The notes below the pieces were generated by a model, which was given only the letters and a program-made list of their open reading frames with translations, was not told where the DNA came from and ran no database searches. A program made the position numbers and the translations under genes. This document shows, piece after piece, positions 44,503-54,428 of a stretch of DNA of 64,000 nucleotides. Within the stretch, counting starts at the first letter, position 1; each line of letters starts with the position of its first letter. The stretch comes from Candidatus Omnitrophota bacterium (GTDB lineage: Bacteria > Omnitrophota > Gorgyraeia > Zapsychrales > Fredricksoniimonadaceae), in assembly GCA_013286575.1 (NCBI GenBank), contig JABDFL010000001.1, positions 9,905 to 73,904 of the forward strand, written 5' to 3'.

Positions 44503-45603
44503 ATGAGGGAAATAACATCTCCGAGGCCGAAGCAATTGGGCCTTTTAATTAATGCCATGCGGCTGTGCTTATCTATCTTTATATTATCTTTTTTATGCTG
44601 GAGTTTTGATGCCGGGGCCCAGGACCAGGTCCCTGGGCAGCAATTTTCATCATCCGTTCCCTCGCAATGGCAAATGACCCTGGATGAGATCAAATCTAAA
44701 GCACAGAACCTGGTCATTCAAAACAACGGGTTACAGGATGAATACCAGGAGTTAATGGAGTTGGCGCAGAAATTACAGCAGGCGATCGCGGACCAGCAAA
44801 GCAAAAATGAACAGATGGCCCGTTTTATACAAGAGCGGCACGGCCAGACAGACCAGCAGCTGCGTATCGGGGAATTGACCAAGAATATCCGGACAAAAAG
44901 CCAGCGAGTCAGCGTTTATGTTCAGCAATTGGAAAATTTAAACAGGAAACAGGCGGGCCTGGAACATAATATCCAGATGATGAAAGACACGATTTCAAAT
45001 ATAGAATTTCATCAGCAGGCAGAAAAGCATGAAGTCCAACCCTCTCAAAATACAGCGCAGCCCCGGGTTGATGATCAGCTGGTCCCATTGCGCAAGCAGC
45101 TTGAAGATAATATTAAGCAGGAAGTCCTTTTGGGGAATGAACTGGGGGCTTTAAAAGCCGGTGATAAAACAAAGAATTTGAATGCAGGCACCGTCGATTC
45201 GGAAAATAAACAGCTTCAGGCCCGTCTGGATGTTTTGCAGTCACAAATGGTACAGCACGAAAAAGAATCTTCGGACGCGCAAATAGCACAGGCCACGGCC
45301 CGTATGTATGATCACCTTAAAAAACGCAAGGATGAGCTTGAGGCCGACATTTATTCTTATGAGTTGCGCATGGACCAGTTAAGGCAATCTTCCTTGCTGG
45401 CAATATCCTGGCAGTTCAAGAAAAAGAAAATCGTCCACGAAATGGTACAGGCAGATGCCCGCAATAATCAGTTACGCTACAAGATCAAAGTATTGCGTGA
45501 GGACATTGGTGTTTTAAAAGACCAGGTGGCCCAATTAGAGCGCCAGGTGAATGCTGCCGGCCAAAGTAAAGATAACTTCGTCACTTTCAAGACTTCTGAG
45601 TAA
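44503..45603 (+). CDS. Secreted coiled-coil protein (Q-rich).
   Basis: 366 aa with a hydrophobic N-terminal segment (MRLCLSIFILSFLCWSF) and long heptad-like Q/E/L repeats. No catalytic domain. Confidence 0.5.
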   Translation: MREITSPRPKQLGLLINAMRLCLSIFILSFLCWSFDAGAQDQVPGQQFSSSVPSQWQMTLDEIKSKAQNLVIQNNGLQDEYQELMELAQKLQQAIADQQSKNEQMARFIQERHGQTDQQLRIGELTKNIRTKSQRVSVYVQQLENLNRKQAGLEHNIQMMKDTISNIEFHQQAEKHEVQPSQNTAQPRVDDQLVPLRKQLEDNIKQEVLLGNELGALKAGDKTKNLNAGTVDSENKQLQARLDVLQSQMVQHEKESSDAQIAQATARMYDHLKKRKDELEADIYSYELRMDQLRQSSLLAISWQFKKKKIVHEMVQADARNNQLRYKIKVLREDIGVLKDQVAQLERQVNAAGQSKDNFVTFKTSE

Positions 45604-45616
45604 TAGGAGGGTTGTT

Positions 45617-45952
45617 ATGTCCAAAGTCCGTCCAAGCCCGTCGACAACAGTGCGCGCCCTGATCGAAGTGTCGATCACGCCCCAAAAAGATGTCGGTTTT
45701 GACAGCATCGCCGAGCGGATCTACAGTTATCCCGAGGTCAAAAGCTGTTATTTGCTCTCCGGCGGTTATGATTTACTGGTGATCGTCGAGGGGGAAAACA
45801 TTCATACCGTGGCGGATTTTGTGGCCGCGAAACTTTCATCCATGGCCAATGTGCGCCAGACAGCCACGCATTTCTTGCTGCGTAAGTACAAAGAAGAAGG
45901 CCAGGTTTTTAAACATCCTAAAAATGAGCGCAGGCAGAACATATCGTATTAA
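45617..45952 (+). CDS. Stand-alone Lrp/AsnC-type ligand-binding (RAM) domain protein.
   Basis: ATG at 45617 follows AGGAGG. ...EVKSCYLLSGGYDLLVIVEGENIHTVADFVAAKLSSMANVRQTAT is a RAM-domain pattern. No HTH. Confidence 0.55.
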   Translation: MSKVRPSPSTTVRALIEVSITPQKDVGFDSIAERIYSYPEVKSCYLLSGGYDLLVIVEGENIHTVADFVAAKLSSMANVRQTATHFLLRKYKEEGQVFKHPKNERRQNISY

Positions 45953-45964
45953 GGGATTTATATA

Positions 45965-47116
45965 ATGAGAATTTCCAAACGTGTTGATCAATTGGCCCCC
46001 TCAGGCATCAGGGCTTTTTTTGATTTAGTACTGGGCATGAAGGACGTCATCTCCTTAGGTGTCGGAGAGCCGGACTTTGTTACCCCCTGGCATGTGCGGG
46101 CGCGTGCCATCGAATCCCTCGAACAAGGCTACACCTCGTATACTTCCAACAAAGGCATGATTGAGCTGCGGCGGGACATTGCGGCATTCCTGAAAAAACG
46201 CCACCAGATTGACTATGACCCTGAAGAGGAAATTTTAATTACTGTCGGCGTCAGTGAGGCCCTGGATTTGGCGATGCGGGCCATCCTTAATCCCGGCGAA
46301 AAAATATTGGTTCCCGAGCCCTGCTATGTGGCATATGGCCCGGTGGTGGAATTGGCCGGCGGGGTACCGGTATTCTTAAAGACTTCCGTTGAAACCGGTT
46401 TTAAAGTCACCCCGCAACAGATCGATGAAGCCGCGGGCCGCGGGGTGCGCGGTATCCTGCTTGGTTATCCGTCTAACCCGACAGGCACTTCGTATAACAA
46501 AAAAGAACTGGAAGCGATCAGCCGCGTCGTTAAGAAACACGATATGCTGGTCATTAGCGACGAGCTTTATGATGAGTTAACGTATGATTTTGAACACACC
46601 CCGATGGCCACACTGCCCCAGATGCGGGACCGTGTCATCTATCTTAACGGTTTTTCCAAGAGTTACGCCATGACAGGGTTTAGGATCGGCTATGTTTGCG
46701 GGCCCGCGGACCTGGTAGGCGCCATGACCAAGATCCATCAGTACACCATGTTATGCGCGTCGATCACCGGCCAGATGGCGGCCATTGAGGCTTTAAAGAA
46801 TTCCGCCGCGGACGTGCAGGCCATGAAAAAGGAATATGACCGCCGCCGCCGTTTTATCGTCGGTGCTTTAAATGACATCGGGATGGCCTGCCATATGCCG
46901 CAGGGTGCTTTCTATGCATTCCCGTCGGTAAAAGTGTCAGGGGAGAGCTCGATGGATTTTGCCAAGAATTTATTATTGAAGCAAAAAGTGGCCCTGGTGC
47001 CGGGGGTTGCCTTTGGCCGGTGCTGTGAGCAGTTTGTGCGGATCTCGTATGCGTCAAGCTATGACAATTTGAAAGAAGCTGTCGCCCGCATTGAAAAATA
47101 TTTGAAAAAGAAATAA
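45965..47116 (+). CDS. PLP-dependent class I/II aminotransferase (aspartate-aminotransferase-like).
   Basis: 383 aa: SLGVGEPDF, YPSNPTG, NGFSKSYAMTGFRIGY (PLP Lys). Confidence 0.8.
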   Translation: MRISKRVDQLAPSGIRAFFDLVLGMKDVISLGVGEPDFVTPWHVRARAIESLEQGYTSYTSNKGMIELRRDIAAFLKKRHQIDYDPEEEILITVGVSEALDLAMRAILNPGEKILVPEPCYVAYGPVVELAGGVPVFLKTSVETGFKVTPQQIDEAAGRGVRGILLGYPSNPTGTSYNKKELEAISRVVKKHDMLVISDELYDELTYDFEHTPMATLPQMRDRVIYLNGFSKSYAMTGFRIGYVCGPADLVGAMTKIHQYTMLCASITGQMAAIEALKNSAADVQAMKKEYDRRRRFIVGALNDIGMACHMPQGAFYAFPSVKVSGESSMDFAKNLLLKQKVALVPGVAFGRCCEQFVRISYASSYDNLKEAVARIEKYLKKK

Positions 47117-47145
47117 TACATTTGTAACCTAAGAAAGGACCATCC

Positions 47146-47559
47146 ATGCGCAAAGATCACGCGCCCAAGATTTCGCGTAAAAAGGAAGACATCGATTTTG
47201 AAATCGCTTTTTATGAAAACATCCTGAAAGACACCCCCCAATTTATAGAGGCCTTGAGCGCCATCGGGGACCTGTATACCAGGGCAGGCCTTTGGCAAAA
47301 GGGCCTGGAAGTGGACATCAGGCTTTCACACCTTCGCCCGGAGGATGCGATCGTTTTTTATAATTTAGCCTGTTCTTATGCCTTGCTCAACCAGACCCGC
47401 GCGGCCCTGGGGGCCTTGACTAAGGCCATTGATTTCGGTTACGATGATTTTGAGCACTTAAAGGGCGATACGGACCTGGATAATCTTCTCAAAGATGAGC
47501 ATTTCCAGCAATACATCAAACAGCTGGAAAAAAAGAAAAAGCCAACCAAGCACCACTGA
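47146..47559 (+). CDS. Small TPR-repeat protein.
   Basis: 137 aa: [20 protein letters not shown]...[24 protein letters not shown]. Confidence 0.55.
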   Translation: MRKDHAPKISRKKEDIDFEIAFYENILKDTPQFIEALSAIGDLYTRAGLWQKGLEVDIRLSHLRPEDAIVFYNLACSYALLNQTRAALGALTKAIDFGYDDFEHLKGDTDLDNLLKDEHFQQYIKQLEKKKKPTKHH

Positions 47560-47560
47560 G

Positions 47561-47980
47561 ATGAAACATTATCGTCAAGAGCTGTGGTTCCATACTAAAA
47601 CCCGTCGGGAGTATATCAATATCACAGGCCAGGTCCAGGCGGCCATTGATAAGAGCGGCATCCGGGAAGGCCTCTGCCTGGTCAATGCCATGCATATTTC
47701 CGCCAGTGTTTATATCAACGACGATGAGGGCGGGCTTTTGCAGGATTATGACGCGTGGCTCGAAAAATTGGCACCCCATGCGCCGGTCACCCAGTACAGG
47801 CATAACGATACCGGCGAGGACAACGCGGACGCGCATTTAAAACGCCAGGTGATGGGCCGTGAGGTGGTGGTTGCCGTGACCCGCGGTAAACTGGATTTTG
47901 GCCCCTGGGAGCAGATTTTTTACGGCGAATTCGACGGCCGGCGGAATAAAAGGGTATTGGTCAAGATCATCGGAGAATAA
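47561..47980 (+). CDS. YjbQ family (UPF0047) secondary thiamine-phosphate synthase-like protein.
   Basis: ATG at 47561, 1 nt after the TPR gene stop. Conserved YjbQ segments [22 protein letters not shown] and DFGPWEQIF. Confidence 0.75.
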   Translation: MKHYRQELWFHTKTRREYINITGQVQAAIDKSGIREGLCLVNAMHISASVYINDDEGGLLQDYDAWLEKLAPHAPVTQYRHNDTGEDNADAHLKRQVMGREVVVAVTRGKLDFGPWEQIFYGEFDGRRNKRVLVKIIGE

Positions 47981-47982
47981 AT

Positions 47983-48888
47983 ATGAGTTTAGTTGTCTTG
48001 GGTACCGTCGCGCTGGACCATGTTAAAACACCTTCAGGGGTCAAAAAGGACATGCTGGGCGGGTCTGCCGCGCATTTTGCCATGTCCGCCCGGCATTTTA
48101 CCGACGTGCACCTGGTGGCGGTGGTCGGCCGTGATTTTCCCTCCAAGCACCTGGATTTTTTAAAACGCAAAGGCATCGATCTTTCGTCGCTCAAGATCGA
48201 CAGCGGGAAAACTTTCCGGTGGCGGGGGGAGTATAAAAAAGGGGATTTGAACACGGCCCTGACCCTGGCCACGGAATTGGGTGTCCTGCAGAGTTATGTT
48301 CCTGAATTAAAGGACCACCAAAAAAACCTTCCTAATATTTTCCTGGCCAATTTTGATCCGGATTTACAGATACAGCTTTTAAAACATTTGAAATCCCCCC
48401 GGTTGATCGGTTTAGACAGCATGAATTTATGGATCACCCACAAACAAAAATCGTTGCGCCGTTTGATGAAGATGGTGCATTTGTTCGTCGCTAATGACGG
48501 TGAGGCCAGGGCCTTGTCAGGAGAAAATAACCTGATCATGGCTGCCCGGCGCCTGAGGGCCATGGGGCCCCGCATGATCGTCATTAAAAAAGGCGAGCAC
48601 GGCGTGCTTTTCTATAGCGATCAGGTGATGTTTTCCTTCCCGGCCTATCCCGTCGATCATGTCGTTGACCCCACCGGCGCCGGAGACACCTTTGCCGGCG
48701 GCCTCATGGGCTATTTAAGCCGTGCCAACAAGCTCGACGATAAAACTTTGCGCCGTGCCTTGCTGTATGCCACGACCGTGGCTTCTTTTAATGTGCAGGG
48801 CTTTGGCATGGCCCGTACAGCGTCCCTGACGATGCGTGAGATCGATGAACGCATGAAGGTATTGGTCAAATTCTTTGCCCTGGCATAA
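47983..48888 (+). CDS. PfkB-family carbohydrate/nucleoside kinase (ribokinase-like).
   Basis: 301 aa: VDPTGAGDTFAGGLMGYL (DTxGAGD anion-hole motif), VANDGEA. Confidence 0.75.
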   Translation: MSLVVLGTVALDHVKTPSGVKKDMLGGSAAHFAMSARHFTDVHLVAVVGRDFPSKHLDFLKRKGIDLSSLKIDSGKTFRWRGEYKKGDLNTALTLATELGVLQSYVPELKDHQKNLPNIFLANFDPDLQIQLLKHLKSPRLIGLDSMNLWITHKQKSLRRLMKMVHLFVANDGEARALSGENNLIMAARRLRAMGPRMIVIKKGEHGVLFYSDQVMFSFPAYPVDHVVDPTGAGDTFAGGLMGYLSRANKLDDKTLRRALLYATTVASFNVQGFGMARTASLTMREIDERMKVLVKFFALA

Positions 48889-48900
48889 CTGGAGAGGTTT

Positions 48901-49149
48901 GTGAAAATAATCGGCCTTGCGGCGGCAATCATCCTGCCTTTTTTTAATATTCCTTTGATCGTCAAGATCGTCAAGCTGCGCTCGTCGCATGAGATCTCAT
49001 TGATCTGGTTATGGGGGGTATGGATATGCACGCTTTTGATGGCCCCTTTGGGATTTACCTCCACGGACATGGTCTGGCGCTGTTATAATATCGTTAATTT
49101 GATTTCATTTACCGGAGTGGTCATCGCTGTTTGGAGGTATCGAAAATGA
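48901..49149 (+). CDS. Small hydrophobic membrane protein (82 aa).
   Basis: GTG start after GGAGAGG. Two to three TM helices. No homology recognised. Confidence 0.35.
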   Translation: MKIIGLAAAIILPFFNIPLIVKIVKLRSSHEISLIWLWGVWICTLLMAPLGFTSTDMVWRCYNIVNLISFTGVVIAVWRYRK

Positions 49150-50063
49150 CTTTAAAAAGCGGCATGGTGGCCATTGTGGGCCGTCCCAATGTAGGCAAAT
49201 CCACCTTGCTTAATGCCATCTTGGGCGAAAAAGTCTCCATTGTTTCCGACGTGCCGCAAACCACGCGCCATCAGATCAGGGGCATCCACACCGATGAGCG
49301 CGGGCAGATCGTTTTTATCGACACGCCGGGGATACATGCGGGCAAGGATAAGCTCGATAAATACATGAACCGCGCTTCTTTAGGCAGCATTGATTCTGTT
49401 GATGCCGTCATTCACATGGTTGATGCCAGTGAAAAAACAGGCCTGGAAGAAAAACATGTGATCAGCCGCCTCAATAAATGCGGCAAACCCATCATCGTGG
49501 GCTTAAACAAGATAGACATCACCAAGGGGAAATTTGTCCCGGAGTATATCAAGCTTTGGGAAGAGATCCGCGGCGTGCCCATGACCGAGATGAAAGATTT
49601 GATCCTTTTCCCGCTTTCGGCGCTGAAAGGCACCAATGTCAAAAAACTGGTCGACCTTTTATTTGAACAGATGCCTGAAGGCCCGCTATTATACGACAAG
49701 GACACGATTACAGATTTCCCCAAGCGCATGGCCATGGCAGATTTGATCCGGGAAAAATTATTCCTCCTGATGCGGGAAGAAATACCTCATTCCATTGCCG
49801 TGATCATCGAGGGCGTCCAGCCCAAGAAGGGGAAGGTCCTGCATATCCGGGCCGCCATTTTAGTGGAGCGTGAATCCCAGAAAGAGATCGTCATCGGCAA
49901 AGCAGGGGCTATTTTAAAGCAGGTGGGTAGCGAAGCCCGCAAGGATTTGGAAGAATTAGTCGACAGCAAGGTTTTCCTCGAGCTTTTTGTAAAAGCCACG
50001 TCCAACTGGCGCGAAGACTATTCCACCCTGGAAGAAATGGGATTCATTTTCAGCGATTTATAA
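49146..50063 (+). CDS. era: GTPase Era.
   Basis: ATG at 49146 after GGAGG. G1 GRPNVGKST, DTPG, NKID, and a C-terminal KH domain (VIGKAGAILK). Confidence 0.9.
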   Translation: MTLKSGMVAIVGRPNVGKSTLLNAILGEKVSIVSDVPQTTRHQIRGIHTDERGQIVFIDTPGIHAGKDKLDKYMNRASLGSIDSVDAVIHMVDASEKTGLEEKHVISRLNKCGKPIIVGLNKIDITKGKFVPEYIKLWEEIRGVPMTEMKDLILFPLSALKGTNVKKLVDLLFEQMPEGPLLYDKDTITDFPKRMAMADLIREKLFLLMREEIPHSIAVIIEGVQPKKGKVLHIRAAILVERESQKEIVIGKAGAILKQVGSEARKDLEELVDSKVFLELFVKATSNWREDYSTLEEMGFIFSDL

Positions 50064-50065
50064 AA

Positions 50066-50740
50066 ATGGCCGATAGAAAACTTTTAGATAATGGGCAGAT
50101 CGCGCAGGTGATTAAACGGCTGAAGGTCGCGATGCGGGATTTACCGGACCCTTCGGTGACCCTGGTCGGCAAGAAATTCAAAAGCCCGTTTTTGGTGCTG
50201 ATTTCCTGTTTGTTGAGCCTGCGCACCCGTGATGAGACGACCTTGCCGGCCAGCGAACGCCTGTTTGCCCGCGCGGCTACGATGCAGGGGATGCTGGATA
50301 TTCCCGTTGCTGATATTCAAAAATTGATTTATCCGGTAGGTTTCTATAAAACCAAGGCCTTGCGTATCCATGATATTTGTACGGATTTGATCCATCGTTT
50401 CGGGGGAAAGGTCCCGGACGATTTGGAACAGCTTTTAACGCTCAAAGGGGTAGGGCGCAAAACCGCGAACCTGGTATTGACCGAAGGTTTCGGCAAGCCG
50501 GGCATCTGTGTCGATACCCATGTGCACCGGATTTCCAATCGCCTGGGGTATGTCAAAACCAGGACACCTGATGAGACGGAATTCGCTTTAAGGGAAAAAT
50601 TGCCCCGCAGGTATTGGATTGAATACAATGCCCTGCTGGTGACCTGGGGCCAGAATGTTTGTAAACCCATTTCACCGGTCTGTTCCGCTTGCCCGGTGGA
50701 AAGAATTTGCCGACGCGTCAAGGTCGGCATCAGCCGCTAA
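50066..50740 (+). CDS. nth: Endonuclease III-like HhH-GPD DNA glycosylase with a 4Fe-4S cluster.
   Basis: 224 aa: LKGVGRKTANLVL, C-terminal CKPISPVCSACPVERIC. Confidence 0.8.
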   Translation: MADRKLLDNGQIAQVIKRLKVAMRDLPDPSVTLVGKKFKSPFLVLISCLLSLRTRDETTLPASERLFARAATMQGMLDIPVADIQKLIYPVGFYKTKALRIHDICTDLIHRFGGKVPDDLEQLLTLKGVGRKTANLVLTEGFGKPGICVDTHVHRISNRLGYVKTRTPDETEFALREKLPRRYWIEYNALLVTWGQNVCKPISPVCSACPVERICRRVKVGISR

Positions 50741-50742
50741 AT

Positions 50743-52032
50743 ATGAAACTATTTCTTTATTTTTCACAAGTCATCGGTTTGGACATCATGGATGCCCAAG
50801 GGCAGTGGATCGGCCGTTTGCACGATATCGCCATGAACCCTTACGCGGACATTTATCCCAAAGCCAGCGACTTGATCATTCGACGGGGATCATCCTCCAA
50901 GGAATATGCCCGGGTCAATTGGGAAGATATTGTCTATATTGAAAATAATATCCGCCTTAAGATCATGGGTGACCGGCTTAAATTTTCCAAAGAAATACCT
51001 AGATCTGATTTTACCCTGCGCCGCGACATCTTTGACCAGCAGGTGGTGGATATCGATGACCAGCGTGTGGTGCGGGTCAATGATATCCATTTGCTGCGGG
51101 TGGAAAACCAGCTTTATGCCGCGCATGTGGATGTGGGTTTAAGGGGCATTTTCCGGCGTTTGGGATGGACGGGGATGGTTGACCTTATCGTGTTTCTTAT
51201 CAATTCCAAATCACCCTATTTGACCAATGAAGAATTGATCCCCTGGAAAGCCACCCAGGTCCTGCCGAAACTGGGGCGCATGAAAAGCGTCTTAAAGCTG
51301 GAAGTTGCCAAAAATAAATTGGGCAGCATCCCGCCGGCTGCCTTGGCGGACATCATCCAGGGCCTGGACATTTTTGTCCGGGTGTCCATGTTTAAATCAA
51401 TGGAAAGCGCATTGCAAAATAAAGTTTTTACGGACATGACCCTGACCTGTAAAGCAGAGCTGGTGGAACAGCTGAGCGAGGCAGAGTCAGCCAACTTGAT
51501 CACCAATATCCCGGCGGATGAGGCCACCGACCTGCTGATGAAATTGCCGCGTGAAAAAGCCCATCATCTGATGGGGCTGCTGGGCTCGGAAACCAATAAA
51601 AAATTACGCAAACTTTTGGGCTACGCCAAAGATTCCGCCGGTGGGCTGATGACCACGGAGTACCTTTATTTAAAGGCCGATGCGACGGTGGCTGACGCGT
51701 TTAATAAAATAAGGGAAAATATCAATTTCCCCGGCACCATTTTCTTTTTTTATATCGTTGATGACGATCACAAATACCTGGGCACGACGTCCCTGCGGCG
51801 TTTTTTCAATGAAAATCCCCAGACTCTTTTGATCGACATCTGTTATCCGGAAAATATCCATGTGTATACGGATGACAGCGTTGAGCAGGTCGCCCTGCTT
51901 TTGGAGCGTTACAAATCTTCTTCCATCCCCGTTCTCAACCACCAGGACATTTTGCAGGGCATTATCACCATCGACGACGTTATGGAAGAATTGATTTCTT
52001 TGGTATGGCATAAATATAAAGAGAAATTATGA
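50743..52032 (+). CDS. Soluble MgtE-N plus tandem-CBS domain protein with N-terminal PRC-barrel-like repeats and no transmembrane domain.
   Basis: ATG at 50743. MgtE_N-like region ADEATDLLMKLPREKAHHLMGLLGSETNKKL. The CBS pair ends IITIDDVMEEL. There are no hydrophobic helices. Its stop overlaps the NRAMP start. Confidence 0.7.
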   Translation: MKLFLYFSQVIGLDIMDAQGQWIGRLHDIAMNPYADIYPKASDLIIRRGSSSKEYARVNWEDIVYIENNIRLKIMGDRLKFSKEIPRSDFTLRRDIFDQQVVDIDDQRVVRVNDIHLLRVENQLYAAHVDVGLRGIFRRLGWTGMVDLIVFLINSKSPYLTNEELIPWKATQVLPKLGRMKSVLKLEVAKNKLGSIPPAALADIIQGLDIFVRVSMFKSMESALQNKVFTDMTLTCKAELVEQLSEAESANLITNIPADEATDLLMKLPREKAHHLMGLLGSETNKKLRKLLGYAKDSAGGLMTTEYLYLKADATVADAFNKIRENINFPGTIFFFYIVDDDHKYLGTTSLRRFFNENPQTLLIDICYPENIHVYTDDSVEQVALLLERYKSSSIPVLNHQDILQGIITIDDVMEELISLVWHKYKEKL

Positions 52033-53297
52033 GTTTCTGGGAAAAAGCAAAAAAAAATAAGGTTTTGAAAAACACCCTGTTCTTTTTGGCCATGCTTGGG
52101 CCGGGCGTTATTACCGGCAGCGTGGATAATGACGCCGGCGGCATCACCACGTATTCGGTGGCCGCAGCCACCTACGGCTATCCTATTCTCTGGACACTTT
52201 TGCCCTCATTCATTGTTTTGCTGGTGGTGCAGGAAATGAACATGAGGATGGGGGCCTGCACCGGCAAGGGCCTGGCAGACCTGATCCGGGAGAACTTTGG
52301 CGTTAAAGTCACTTTTTGGATATTTTTAGGCTTGCTTGTAGCAGACATCGGCAATACAGCCACGGAATTTGCCGGGGTGGCGGGCAGTATGAATATTTTC
52401 GGCATCAGCAAATATATTTCCGTGCCCGTGACAGCAGGGGCTGTTTGGATTTTGGTGACCAAGGGCAATTATAAGATTTCCGAGCGCATTTTCTTAATGT
52501 TTAGCGTGGCCCTTTTGTCCTATATCGTTTCCGCCCTGGCGGCCAAGCCGGACTGGCACCAGGTGGGCCTCGCCTTTATCCATCCGCAGATACAATACGA
52601 TAAAGACTATCTGATCATGGTGCTGGGCATCGTCGGTACGACCATTGCCCCCTGGATGCAGTTTTATATGCAGTCCGCGGTCATTGAAAAAGGGACGACC
52701 ATGGAAGATTATAAACTGGCCCTGGCGGATGTCGTCATCGGATGTGTGGCGACGGTGGCCGTGGCTATTTTTATCATGGTCGCCTGTGCTGCCACCCTGC
52801 ATGTGAATAATATTACGATCAATGAAGCCAAGGACGCGGCCTTGGCACTCAAGCCTTTTGCCGGGGCTTTGGCCTCCGCGGTTTTTGCTTTCGGACTTTT
52901 TGTTGCCTCCATATTTTCCGCGACCATCCTGCCTTTGGCCACGGCCTTTTATATTTGCGAAGCCTTTGGCTTTAATGCCGGCATTGATAAACGTGTCGAG
53001 GAGGCCCCGCAATTTTACACGCTTTTTGCCGCCATCCTCATCATCGCCTGCGTCATTATTTTGATCCCTAATGCGCCTTTGATCGCCATCACCTTATGGA
53101 CCCAGGACATCAATGCCATGCTTCTGCCGGTGGTCCTGATTTCCATGCAGTTGATGGTCAATAATCCGGAAATTATGGGGGAACATGTTAACAATAAATT
53201 CCAAAATGCCGTCGGCTGGTCCACGACGGTCATTTTAATCACCCTCACCCTTTTACTGATGGTTTTACCTGCCTTTGATCTTTTCAAAGCCCACTAA
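52029..53297 (+). CDS. mntH: NRAMP-family divalent metal (Mn2+/Fe2+) transporter.
   Basis: 422 aa, about 11 TM segments. NRAMP signature LGPGVITGSVDNDAGGITTYS and MNM motif. Confidence 0.85.
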   Translation: MSFWEKAKKNKVLKNTLFFLAMLGPGVITGSVDNDAGGITTYSVAAATYGYPILWTLLPSFIVLLVVQEMNMRMGACTGKGLADLIRENFGVKVTFWIFLGLLVADIGNTATEFAGVAGSMNIFGISKYISVPVTAGAVWILVTKGNYKISERIFLMFSVALLSYIVSALAAKPDWHQVGLAFIHPQIQYDKDYLIMVLGIVGTTIAPWMQFYMQSAVIEKGTTMEDYKLALADVVIGCVATVAVAIFIMVACAATLHVNNITINEAKDAALALKPFAGALASAVFAFGLFVASIFSATILPLATAFYICEAFGFNAGIDKRVEEAPQFYTLFAAILIIACVIILIPNAPLIAITLWTQDINAMLLPVVLISMQLMVNNPEIMGEHVNNKFQNAVGWSTTVILITLTLLLMVLPAFDLFKAH

Positions 53298-53411
53298 AAA
53301 TTTTTATGGCATTTTGGCGGATTTTTGGTAAATTGTAGGCTTAATTCTTTATATAGATACTTTGGGAAGCTATGTAATTATTTTGAAACTAATGTTTATT
53401 AAACCTGAAAT

Positions 53412-54428
53412 ATGAGTAAAATAATAGGGATTACATATGATTTAAAGGGCGATTGGCAGGGGGCTTCGGATGACCCTGTTGACGCGGCGGCTGAGCTCGA
53501 CGGGCATAAGACGATCGAATGCCTTAAAGCTGCCCTGGAATCGGCCGGGCATAAGGTGGTTTTAATCGGCGGTGCGCGCCAATTGATCAGCCGCGTGACG
53601 GGCGGAGATTTAAAGGTCGATATTGTCTTTAATATTTCCGAAGGCTTTAAAGGCCGCAACCGCGAATCCCAGGTGCCTGCTATTTTGGATTTATACAATA
53701 TTCCTTTTGTCGGTGCTGATGCGTTGACCTTAGGCGTTACTTTAGATAAGGTAGTGGCTAAAAAATGTTTCATCGCTGAAGGGATACCGACAGCACGTTA
53801 TTTTAAGGCCACGCTTGAAGATAATTTGTTTGCATTGAACACGATCGGTTTTCCTTTGTTCGTCAAGACCCTGCACGAGGGCACGTCCAAAGGGATCACC
53901 CAGGCATCAAGGGTCGCGGATTTTGAACAGCTTAAGGCCCAGGTTGAGCATATCAACCGTAATTATAAGCAGCCGGCGCTGGTCGAGGAGTTTATTAAGG
54001 GCACTGAGTTTACCGTCGGCGTTATCGGTAATAATCCGCCGGTCGCCATGCCGGTGGTGCAGTATGCGATTGCGGGCAAGACGGCTTTAGGCAATGAATT
54101 TTATTCGTACCGCCACGTGGCTGAAAAGCTGGTGGAGCATATTTGCCCGGCGCCTATTGATGAGAAATTAGCGAAGAACCTTCAAGAATTAGCGGTGCGC
54201 GCATACAAATCTGTTGATTGCCGTGATTTCGGGCGTGTGGATTTTCGCGTGGATGAAGCGGGCAAGCCTTATGTCCTGGAAATCAACCCGTTGCCGAATT
54301 TAAGTCCGGACGATGTGTTCGTTCTCTTTGGTAAAGTTTTAAAGATGTCGTACAATCAGATCATTAATAAAATCATGGATGAAGCCCTCTTGCGTTTGGG
54401 GCTTATGGAAGGAAGTTTGCAAAAATGA
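53412..54428 (+). CDS. ATP-grasp ligase of the D-alanine--D-alanine ligase family.
   Basis: 338 aa: HKVVLIGGA, ILDLYNIPFVGADALTLGVTLDKVVAKK, FVKTLHEGTSKGI, RVDFRVDEAGKPYVLEINPLP. Confidence 0.7.
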   Translation: MSKIIGITYDLKGDWQGASDDPVDAAAELDGHKTIECLKAALESAGHKVVLIGGARQLISRVTGGDLKVDIVFNISEGFKGRNRESQVPAILDLYNIPFVGADALTLGVTLDKVVAKKCFIAEGIPTARYFKATLEDNLFALNTIGFPLFVKTLHEGTSKGITQASRVADFEQLKAQVEHINRNYKQPALVEEFIKGTEFTVGVIGNNPPVAMPVVQYAIAGKTALGNEFYSYRHVAEKLVEHICPAPIDEKLAKNLQELAVRAYKSVDCRDFGRVDFRVDEAGKPYVLEINPLPNLSPDDVFVLFGKVLKMSYNQIINKIMDEALLRLGLMEGSLQK

